Assembly: GCA_964565125.1 (NCBI GenBank)
Contig: CAZMCX010000006.1
Location: forward strand, 13,381-20,921
Direction of reading: 5' to 3'
Length of the DNA stretch: 7,541 nt
DNA from: an uncultured archaeon
Lineage (GTDB): Archaea; Iainarchaeota; Iainarchaeia; Iainarchaeales; 0-14-0-20-30-16
The translations under genes were made by a program, and so were the position numbers. The notes below the pieces were generated by a model that was given only the letters and a program-made list of their open reading frames with translations, had not been told where the DNA came from and did not search any database. Position 1 is the first letter of the stretch, and every line of letters begins with the position of its first letter. Of the stretch, positions 1 to 6,159 are shown in pieces.

Positions 1-36
1 TTTGTTGCCTAACTAATGCTGTCCTTGTCCTATTCT

Positions 37-1386
37 TTATTTCAATTTAAATTTCATTTTCTTTCTTTGCATTTTCATTATCTTTTTATCAAAGCCAAGT
101 TTAGACATCATGCTTTTAGGGTCTAAATCCTTTTCATCCATTCCCTGTAGTTTTTCTGCATTGCCAAACATATCTTTCATCATATTATACTGCTTTAGCA
201 AATCTCTGACATCTTTTTCGTATGTTCCGGAACCTTTTGCAATTCTATTTACTCTACTGCTTTTCAAAACATCAGGATTCTTTTTTTCATACTCTGTCAT
301 ACTATCCAGAATGTGTTCATACTTTTTAAATTTGTCGTCTGCTAAATCCATTACATTTTTGTCTATCTTTCCCAAACCCAACATTCCAGCAAGTTTTGTA
401 AAAGACCCCGCTTTTTTTAGAGTTTTCATTTGCTTTTTAAAATCATTTAAGTCAAAATGCTTTAAGTTTAAATCTCCGGATTCTAAATCTGAAAACTTTT
501 CCATTAATTCTTGCAGGTCGCCATAGCCCATTATTTTTGAAAGGTAACGCACAGGATCAAAAGTAGCGATATCTTCTAATTTTTCGCCAGTTCCAATAAA
601 ATAAACTGGTGCTTTTGTTTTTTTACAAGCAATTAATGCGGATCCGCCCTTACCAGATCCGTCCATTTTTGTGATTATGATTCCATTAATGCCCAAAATA
701 GACGAAAATCCATCAACTTCTTTTTTTGCAATTTGGCCTATGTCTGCGGACAAAACCAAAAAAGAATAATCTGGTTTAAACAAATTGTTTATTTTTGATA
801 ATTCTTGCTTTAATTCGTTATCAAGAGAACTTCGTCCTGCAGAATCAAGAATTATTAAGTCGCACTTTTCTAGTTCTCTCAAACCATTTTTTACAATTGA
901 AGAAATATCTTTAGAAGTTTCAGAATAAGACATTGTGTCTAAATTATTTTTCTTTATGCCCTGAACAATCTGTTCATAAGCGCCAGGCCTATAAATGTCT
1001 GCACCAATTATTCCTACTTTTTTGTTAAACTTTTTTTTGTAATAATTTGCTAATTTTACTGCGGAGGTTGTTTTTCCACTACCATATAATCCACAAAGCA
1101 AAATTCTTTTGGGATTCTGTGGAACTTCTGCAGTTGTTCCAAATATTTCTGCCAATAGATCATATACTTTTTTTATAAAATATTCTTTAAGGCTTATTTC
1201 ATCAGGAACTTTTTCGCTTGCTAGGTTTTCAACCTGCTTTGACAAATCAAATACAACTTCGATATCAACATCGGAGGCAATTAGGGTTCTTTGCAATTCT
1301 TTGTTAAATTCAGCAATATTATCCTTTGTTAAGAACTGCTTTGTAGAAAACTTATCAAATAAAGCCCTTAATTTTTCTCCAAGCAA
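37..1386 (-). CDS. srp54: Signal recognition particle 54 kDa protein (SRP54, SRP-type GTPase)
   Basis: 449-aa ORF. The N-terminal helical domain is followed by SRP GTPase motifs: G1 GLYGSGKTT, G3 DSAGR, G4 TKMDG. The C-terminal M domain is Met/Lys-rich (GMLGLGK, RVNRIAKGSGT, LLKQYNMMKDMF). The start is TTG at 1384-1386, with GGTGAT 5 nt upstream. Stop is TAA. Confidence 0.95.
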   Translation of the reverse strand: MLGEKLRALFDKFSTKQFLTKDNIAEFNKELQRTLIASDVDIEVVFDLSKQVENLASEKVPDEISLKEYFIKKVYDLLAEIFGTTAEVPQNPKRILLCGLYGSGKTTSAVKLANYYKKKFNKKVGIIGADIYRPGAYEQIVQGIKKNNLDTMSYSETSKDISSIVKNGLRELEKCDLIILDSAGRSSLDNELKQELSKINNLFKPDYSFLVLSADIGQIAKKEVDGFSSILGINGIIITKMDGSGKGGSALIACKKTKAPVYFIGTGEKLEDIATFDPVRYLSKIMGYGDLQELMEKFSDLESGDLNLKHFDLNDFKKQMKTLKKAGSFTKLAGMLGLGKIDKNVMDLADDKFKKYEHILDSMTEYEKKNPDVLKSSRVNRIAKGSGTYEKDVRDLLKQYNMMKDMFGNAEKLQGMDEKDLDPKSMMSKLGFDKKIMKMQRKKMKFKLK

Positions 1387-1391
1387 AGCAA

Positions 1392-1397
1392 ATCACC
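1392..1397 (-). promoter_or_regulatory. Shine-Dalgarno-like motif GGTGAT for srp54
   Basis: The minus strand reads GGTGAT-ttgct-TTG. The motif is complementary to the conserved archaeal/bacterial 16S 3' end (AUCACCUCC). The same 5-nt spacing occurs at three other starts in this window. Confidence 0.6.
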
Positions 1398-1415
1398 AAA
1401 AATCTAATCGACTAC

Positions 1416-1431
1416 AAAAAAACAAAAAAAA
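1416..1431 (-). terminator. Candidate oligo-T termination/attenuation tract (T8-G-T7) downstream of the FKBP gene
   Basis: The minus strand reads TAA-tgc-TTTTTTTT-G-TTTTTTT immediately after the FKBP stop codon. Archaeal intrinsic termination is associated with oligo-T runs. However, srp54 starts only 29 nt further on with an SD and no obvious TATA box, so read-through is probably required. Confidence 0.35.
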
Positions 1432-1434
1432 GCA

Positions 1435-2160
1435 TTATTGGAATAAAATGCTTTCTTCAAAATAATATTTACAGGTTGCTTTTAACAAACCAAGATATAT
1501 TGGTTCTTCTTCTTTTCTTAGGTTTGCAAAATTAATTTTTACAACTGTATCTTTATCTTTTTTTTCAATAGAATAATCTTTCAGTTTTTCTTTTGGCAAA
1601 ATAGCAGAAATAAATCTTTCTACTTTTTCTTTTCCAACAGGAATTGATTTTAGTTTATAGTAAACCTCTATTTTGTGATTTGCAAAAGGAGAATTAAAAT
1701 CTACTAACACTCTCCCACCCGTAACACTTTTTACAGTTCCAATTCTGCCATCAGCATTAACTTGCAATCCAATAAAAGGATTGATTTTATTATCCCTAAA
1801 ATCGCTCGCAGCAATTACTCTTAGCAATTCTGCTTTTCTAATTCCATAAGCATCTTTTGGCTCTAAAACTAGGTAAAAATCTTCCCCGACCTTTAGAGTT
1901 TTTAATTTTTCTTCTGTTTTTCTAAATGCGGATCCAACGCCTTCTAAAACTACTTTTTCACCATTAAAAAATAGTAAGGGGTTGTTTGATTTTACATTAC
2001 TTTCGATAACTTTTCCCACAGTCAAATCTTTAATATAGTAATCAACAACATAGATATTTTTTATTTCTTTTTTGCTTATGGGGGTCAAAGTTTTTCCTGT
2101 TTTTTCTGTGCTTTTATTTTCTTTGACTTCTTTCTTTTTTTCTTGTTTCTTTACTACCAT
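1435..2160 (-). CDS. FKBP-type peptidyl-prolyl cis-trans isomerase / chaperone, SlyD-like archaeal long type (divergent)
   Basis: 241-aa ORF. Residues ~35-172 align by eye to SlyD/archaeal FKBP with an insert-in-flap domain: VDYYIK..GKVIES, PLLFFNGE, VGEDF..LEPKDAYG, RVLVDFNSPFANHKIEVYYKL (compare VDFNHPLAGK.L.F.V). It also has a Lys/Glu-rich N-terminal tail (res 1-30) and an extra ~65-aa C-terminal region. ATG start with GTGATGTGAT just upstream. Stop is TAA. Confidence 0.75.
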   Translation of the reverse strand: MVVKKQEKKKEVKENKSTEKTGKTLTPISKKEIKNIYVVDYYIKDLTVGKVIESNVKSNNPLLFFNGEKVVLEGVGSAFRKTEEKLKTLKVGEDFYLVLEPKDAYGIRKAELLRVIAASDFRDNKINPFIGLQVNADGRIGTVKSVTGGRVLVDFNSPFANHKIEVYYKLKSIPVGKEKVERFISAILPKEKLKDYSIEKKDKDTVVKINFANLRKEEEPIYLGLLKATCKYYFEESILFQ

Positions 2161-2190
2161 AAAATCACATCACATATTTTATTGGGCCTG

Positions 2191-2216
2191 AAACAATTTC
2201 TATTAAGAAATTGCTT
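2191..2216 (-). promoter_or_regulatory. RNA hairpin candidate in the lysS-FKBP spacer
   Basis: The minus-strand RNA is AAGCAAUUUC-uuaaua-GAAAUUGUUU, a 10-bp stem with a 6-nt loop. Seven contiguous Watson-Crick pairs are followed by one G.U and two A-U pairs. On the plus strand the G.U position becomes an A.C mismatch, so the structure is better on the transcribed (minus) strand. The stem is AU-rich and only moderately stable. Confidence 0.4.
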
Positions 2217-2226
2217 TCTTGACCAT
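2203..2226 (-). other. Candidate 7-codon mini-ORF (MVKKAIS*) between lysS and the FKBP gene
   Basis: ATG GTC AAG AAA GCA ATT TCT TAA on the minus strand. It is preceded by the best SD match in the window (AGGTGAT) at the window-typical 5-nt spacing. Codons 3-7 supply the 5' arm of the hairpin and the TAA lies in the loop. The ORF is too short for any coding statistics. Confidence 0.2.
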
Positions 2227-2231
2227 TTTGT

Positions 2232-2238
2232 ATCACCT
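2232..2238 (-). promoter_or_regulatory. Shine-Dalgarno motif AGGTGAT overlapping the lysS stop codon
   Basis: The minus strand reads GAA-T(AGGTGAT)-acaaa-ATG. The lysS TAG stop (2237-2239) overlaps the 7-nt SD match. The aIF2-beta/aIF1A junction has the same architecture. Confidence 0.45.
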
Positions 2239-3754
2239 ATTCTTTTTTAATTTTTTTATCCTCAACGCCCATACCTTCAGGTCTCAATAAAGGAAATATT
2301 ACACATTCTCTCATCGACCTGTTTACTAATGCTGCAAATAGTCTTTCTGAAACACCAAACCCACATGCCGGGGGCATACCATATTTTAAAGCCTCAATAA
2401 AATCTTTGTCATGGTCTTGAGCTTCAACATCTCCTTGCGCTTTCAATTCGGTCTGCCTTTCAAATCTTTGCTCTTGGTCAATTGGGTCATTTAATTCTGA
2501 ATAACCATTTCCAATTTCACTGCCGGCAATAATAACTTGGAACTGCTCAACTTTTCTTGGATCCTCTTTTTTTCTTTTTGCAAGTGGAGATAATTCAACT
2601 GGTTGGCCAACTAAAAATCCGGGCCCAGATAATTGTTTTCTACAATGTTTCCACAAAACATCAACTAATCTCCATTTGTCAACTCGGGGATCGTATTCTC
2701 TGTCAAGTTCATCAAGTTTTTTCTTAATTTCTTTTTCTGTTGCTTTATAAATATCAATTCCGGTTTTTTCTTTTATCACAGTCTCAAAATCATATTTTTC
2801 CCATTTTTTTGACATGTCTACTTTGTAACCTTTTGATTCAAATTTTAAAGTTCCTAAAACTGCTTTTGTTACTTCTTTATATAGTTCTTCAACTAATTCC
2901 ATTCCATCTTCGTAATTTGCATAACCCCAATAAAATTCCATTTGAGTATAATCCTGCAAATGCTCTATATCCATCCCTTCATTCCTAAATTGCCTGCCAA
3001 GTTCAAATGTTTTTTCATAGCCCGCAACAAGAAGTCTTTTTTGCCATAATTCCCCCATTGAAATTCTTAAAAATACATTAATATCTAAAGCATTATGGTG
3101 TGTTTTAAATGGTTCTGCAGATGCTCCGCCCGCAGAATTTTCTAAAACTGGTGTTTCAACTTCTAAAAACTCATTTTTGACTAAAAAGTTTCTAATCGTA
3201 CTCCAAAAAATTTGTTTTTTTACAAATAATTCTTTTACTTCTTGATCCATTATTATGTCTAGGTATCTTTTTCTAAATTTGTCTTCTTCATCTTTCAAAC
3301 CATGAAATTTATCTGGCAAAGGCAAAATAGATTTTGAAAGAATTTGCAGTTCATTTGCTAAAACAGAAAGTTCTCCGGTTTTTGTTTGCATTACCTCCCC
3401 TTTTACCCCTATTATGTCTCCTGCGTCTGTTTTTTTAAACAAAACCATTGTTTTTTCAGGGGTTTCGTCTTTTTGGAAAATTACCTGAATAAATCCTTTA
3501 AAATCTTGTAATTTAATGAAATTTAATTTTCCGAACTCTCTTTTTGTCATCATTCGACCAGCAATAACAACTGTTTTTCCGCTTTTTTCATCGTTTTTAA
3601 GCTTAGAAAAGTTTGCAACAATATCAGAAGTCCAAACACGTTTTCCTGCGATTTTGAACTTGCTCGGGAACGATTCAATTCCTTCAGCGCCCATATCGGC
3701 TATTTTCTTTAGCCTTAGGTTTACAATTTGCTGTCCTCTTCCTTTTGATTCCAT
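2237..3754 (-). CDS. lysS: Lysyl-tRNA synthetase, class II
   Basis: 505-aa ORF. It has an N-terminal OB-fold anticodon-binding segment (VVIAGRMMTKREFGKLNFIKLQDFKGFIQV). The LysRS-II signature is KTHHNALDINVFLRISMGELWQKRLLVAGYEKTFELGRQFRNEG (compare E. coli THHNALD..YLRIAPELYLKRL..FRNEG). Motif 3 is GMPPACGFGVSERLFAALVNRSMRECVIFPLLRP. ATG start, TAG stop. Confidence 0.95.
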   Translation of the reverse strand: MESKGRGQQIVNLRLKKIADMGAEGIESFPSKFKIAGKRVWTSDIVANFSKLKNDEKSGKTVVIAGRMMTKREFGKLNFIKLQDFKGFIQVIFQKDETPEKTMVLFKKTDAGDIIGVKGEVMQTKTGELSVLANELQILSKSILPLPDKFHGLKDEEDKFRKRYLDIIMDQEVKELFVKKQIFWSTIRNFLVKNEFLEVETPVLENSAGGASAEPFKTHHNALDINVFLRISMGELWQKRLLVAGYEKTFELGRQFRNEGMDIEHLQDYTQMEFYWGYANYEDGMELVEELYKEVTKAVLGTLKFESKGYKVDMSKKWEKYDFETVIKEKTGIDIYKATEKEIKKKLDELDREYDPRVDKWRLVDVLWKHCRKQLSGPGFLVGQPVELSPLAKRKKEDPRKVEQFQVIIAGSEIGNGYSELNDPIDQEQRFERQTELKAQGDVEAQDHDKDFIEALKYGMPPACGFGVSERLFAALVNRSMRECVIFPLLRPEGMGVEDKKIKKE

Positions 3755-3776
3755 GATAAAAATATGGGGTATAGGT

Positions 3777-3784
3777 TTTATAAA
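3777..3784 (-). promoter_or_regulatory. Candidate archaeal TATA box (palindromic TTTATAAA) for lysS
   Basis: TTTATAAA reads identically on both strands. Its centre is ~26-27 nt upstream of the lysS ATG (3754), the canonical archaeal TATA-to-TSS distance. No SD motif lies in between, which implies a leaderless mRNA. Confidence 0.5.
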
Positions 3785-3800
3785 TGATTGCTACAAGTAA

Positions 3801-3810
3801 TATATATAAT
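3801..3810 (+). promoter_or_regulatory. Candidate archaeal TATA box (TATATATAAT) for the aIF2-beta operon
   Basis: The A/T box is centred ~23-24 nt upstream of the ATG at 3828. A purine-rich AAGTAA (BRE-like) precedes it. No SD motif occurs in the intervening acttaactgggataaat, consistent with a leaderless or near-leaderless transcript. Confidence 0.45.
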
Positions 3811-3827
3811 ACTTAACTGGGATAAAT

Positions 3828-4235
3828 ATGGAAAATTATGACAAATTATTGGCCAAAGCTTTTGAAAAAATCAAATCTAATAAAAAAACTGAAGATCGTT
3901 TTGAATTTATAGAACCGGATTCTTTAATACAAGGTAAAAAAACCTTAATAAAGAATTTGCAAGCCATTGCAAAAAATTTAAACAGAGATGTAAACCATAT
4001 TGCAAAATATTTTGCAAAAGAAACTGGTGCAGTTGGGAATTTAGATAGCGGAAAATTAATACTTAATAGTGCAATTTTACAAACAAAAATAAAAACAATT
4101 TACAACAGTTATCTTGATGCTTATGTTTTTTGCAAGCAATGTAAAAAACCAGACACAAAATTCAGGACTGAAAAAGGGGCACAAGTAATTAAATGTGAAG
4201 CTTGCGGTGCAATGACTTCAGTAAAAAAAATTTGA
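3828..4235 (+). CDS. eif2b: Translation initiation factor aIF2 subunit beta
   Basis: 135-aa ORF of typical aIF2-beta length. The central region is conserved (HIAKYFAKETGAVGNLD). The C-terminal zinc ribbon is YVFCKQCKKPDT...KCEACGA (C102, C105, C123, C126; CX2C-X17-CX2C). ATG start, TGA stop. Confidence 0.93.
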   Translation: MENYDKLLAKAFEKIKSNKKTEDRFEFIEPDSLIQGKKTLIKNLQAIAKNLNRDVNHIAKYFAKETGAVGNLDSGKLILNSAILQTKIKTIYNSYLDAYVFCKQCKKPDTKFRTEKGAQVIKCEACGAMTSVKKI

Positions 4236-4240
4236 GGTGG
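4234..4240 (+). promoter_or_regulatory. Shine-Dalgarno motif GAGGTGG for aIF1A, overlapping the aIF2-beta stop codon
   Basis: The sequence reads T(GAGGTGG)-aatag-TTG. The aIF2-beta TGA (4233-4235) overlaps the SD, which sits 5 nt from the TTG at 4246. Confidence 0.6.
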
Positions 4241-4245
4241 AATAG

Positions 4246-4557
4246 TTGACAGGAGAAATTTCAAGTGGATTTAGTTTAAAGATGCCAAACCCAAAAAATA
4301 ATGAACATTTAGCAATTGTGACTTTACAAACGGGGGCTGAATTCTTAAAAGCAATGTGTGACGATAAGATAGAAAGATCCTGCAGAGTCCCAGGAAGATT
4401 AAGAAGAAAAATTTGGTTAAGAGAAAATGATGTAGTTATAGTAAAAATTTGGGAGTATGACCCCAAAAAGGCAGACATTATCTGGAAATACTACCCGCAT
4501 CAAGTAAAAAGATTAAGAGCAACTGGCATTTTACAGAATATAGAAATTCCTGAATGA
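4246..4557 (+). CDS. eif1a: Translation initiation factor aIF1A (eIF1A family, S1-like OB fold)
   Basis: 103-aa ORF. The eIF1A-type core is AIVTLQTGAEFLKAMCDDKIERSCRVPGRLRRKIWLRENDVVIVKIWEYDPKKADIIWKY (compare M. jannaschii [31 protein letters not shown]). The TTG start at 4246 follows an in-frame TAG and has an SD 5 nt upstream. The alternative ATG at 4282 has no SD. Confidence 0.9.
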   Translation: MTGEISSGFSLKMPNPKNNEHLAIVTLQTGAEFLKAMCDDKIERSCRVPGRLRRKIWLRENDVVIVKIWEYDPKKADIIWKYYPHQVKRLRATGILQNIEIPE

Positions 4558-6152
4558 TTTTTATGGATATTAAACAAACAATTTCTAAACATTTCAACGA
4601 TTACAGGTTAATAAAACCAAAAAACAAAGGTTTCGGAGATTTAACAATTGTAATAAAAGAGCCCATTGAAAAAAAACTCAAAACACTAAAAAAAGAGTTG
4701 GAGAAAATGGAGGGAATTGAAAAAGTTGAACAGAAAGGTTTGTTTCTAAATATTTTTTATGAACCAATTTCTTATTTTTATAATTCTAAAAAAACAAAAA
4801 CTAGCGGAGTAAAAACAATGATAGAATATTCTCAGCCAAACCCAAACAAAGAAATGCATGTGGGTCACCTTAGGGGCGCAATATTGGGGGAAGCGCTTGC
4901 AAGAATAATTGAAAAAAGGCAGCCAGTAATTAGGGCAACATTATATAATGATAAGGGCATACACATGTCACAAACAATCTTGGGATTTTTAGAAAATAAA
5001 AACAAAAAAGAAGATACCCCAAAATTTATCAATGATTGCTATACCGCTTATTCCAAATTAGAGGAACAGGACGAAAAATACAAAACATTGGCACAAGAAA
5101 TTTTAGTCAAATGGGAACAAAAAGACAAAGAAATCTGGAAAATATGGAAAAACATAAGAGATATTTCTATTAAAGGCTTCCACGAAGTTTACAAACTATT
5201 AGATATTAAATTTAATGCAGAATATTATGAAAGTGAAATTTACGAAGCGGGAAGAAAAGTTATTCTTGAAAAATACAACGAAGGCATTGTAGAAATCGAT
5301 AGAAGTGGAAATTACATAGTAAAGCTAGATCCCTTACCAGAAAAAGTTGTTTTAAGGTCTGATAATACTACAATTTATGCTACTGCAGATATCGCACTTA
5401 CTGAAAAAAAATTCTCAGATTATGATTTAGACAGATGCATTACAATTACAGACAATGCACAAAATTTATACTTCAAACAACTTACAGAAATTCTAAAAAA
5501 GTTTGGGTACGGCTTTGGAAACAAGTTTGAACATGCGGGGTATGGAACTGTAACTTTAAAAACCGGAAAAATAAGTAGCAGAAAGGGAAATATTATTACT
5601 GTTTTTGATTTTTACAACACTTTATTTGAAGAAGCACACAAACAAACAAAAGGAAAGCGTCAAGATTTGTCAGAACAAGAACTAAAAGATATTGCCAAAG
5701 GAGTCACTTTGGCTGCAATGAAATATTACATTTTGAAATATGACGCAAAAGTAGATATGGTGTTTGATTTAGAAAAAAGTTTAGATCTTAAAGGCGACAC
5801 AGGCCCATATTTATTGTATAATTATGTAAGAACAAAAAGCATAATAGAAAAATCAAAAATAAAACCAACAAAAGTTACAGAAGTATATACTGACAAAGAA
5901 AAAGAAGTTTTAAGGATGCTTTCTGAATTCAACACAAAAATAAATGACTGTATTAAACATTTAACAACACATTTTTTAGCAAAATATTTGTATGATTTAA
6001 CATCCTTATTAAATTCTTATTATGAAGAAACAAAAATAATTGACAATGATTTAATAAAAATGAAAAACAGGATTTCTTTACTAGACGAGGCAAATTCCAT
6101 AATAAAAGAGGGATTAAATCTATTGGGAATTGAGGTGGTTGAAGAAATTTAA
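4554..6152 (+). CDS. argS: Arginyl-tRNA synthetase (class I)
   Basis: 532-aa ORF. It contains MIEYSQPNPNKEMHVGHLRGAILGEALARI (the ArgRS-typical SxPNPxKxxHVGH HIGH region, H102-H105), KISSRKGN (MSTRKG-like), and GDTGPYLLYNYVRTKSI opening the C-terminal DALR anticodon-binding domain. The ATG overlaps the aIF1A stop as ATGA (4554-4557). A second ATG lies at 4563. Confidence 0.95.
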   Translation: MIFMDIKQTISKHFNDYRLIKPKNKGFGDLTIVIKEPIEKKLKTLKKELEKMEGIEKVEQKGLFLNIFYEPISYFYNSKKTKTSGVKTMIEYSQPNPNKEMHVGHLRGAILGEALARIIEKRQPVIRATLYNDKGIHMSQTILGFLENKNKKEDTPKFINDCYTAYSKLEEQDEKYKTLAQEILVKWEQKDKEIWKIWKNIRDISIKGFHEVYKLLDIKFNAEYYESEIYEAGRKVILEKYNEGIVEIDRSGNYIVKLDPLPEKVVLRSDNTTIYATADIALTEKKFSDYDLDRCITITDNAQNLYFKQLTEILKKFGYGFGNKFEHAGYGTVTLKTGKISSRKGNIITVFDFYNTLFEEAHKQTKGKRQDLSEQELKDIAKGVTLAAMKYYILKYDAKVDMVFDLEKSLDLKGDTGPYLLYNYVRTKSIIEKSKIKPTKVTEVYTDKEKEVLRMLSEFNTKINDCIKHLTTHFLAKYLYDLTSLLNSYYEETKIIDNDLIKMKNRISLLDEANSIIKEGLNLLGIEVVEEI

Positions 6153-6159
6153 TTATCTT

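Noticed and set aside
1-36. 36 nt downstream of srp54 at the window edge; possible end of a neighbouring gene or RNA.
   Set aside because: The segment is too short to interpret. I could not recognise a T-run terminator, a tRNA-like 3' end, or any motif.
110-526. 138-aa plus-strand ORF antisense to srp54. The similar antisense ORFs at 1109-1465, 2740-2988, 3516-3800, 4218-4478 and 7133-7402 are covered here too.
   Set aside because: All lie entirely or mostly opposite well-supported conserved genes. Their translations are low-complexity and Phe/Leu/Ser/Ile-rich, as expected from reading Lys/Glu/Asn-rich AT-rich genes on the opposite strand. They have no SD or TATA context. I treat them as shadow ORFs.
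2161-2190. A/T boxes close to internal gene starts that could be read as TATA boxes: AATAAAATAT upstream of the FKBP gene, and CTATATTTTAT at 6846-6856 upstream of the 224-aa gene.
   Set aside because: Both are centred only ~17-18 nt from the ATG. A TSS at the usual +26 distance would therefore fall inside the ORF. Both genes also have GTGAT SD motifs between the box and the start. These are more likely just AT-rich spacer sequence.
4282-4557. Alternative ATG start for aIF1A (MPNPKNNEHL..., 91 aa).
   Set aside because: No SD motif precedes it. The TTG at 4246 has GAGGTGG at the window-typical 5-nt spacing and follows an in-frame stop directly. I kept it as an alternative only.
4554-6152. The short ArgRS (532 aa, HIGH motif already at residue 102) as a possible truncated or pseudogenised enzyme.
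   Set aside because: All hallmark regions are present in the correct order with no frame disruption: the N-terminal domain remnant, HVGH, the SSRKG loop, and the DALR anticodon-binding domain with GDTGPYLLYNYVR. The compactness fits genome streamlining rather than decay.
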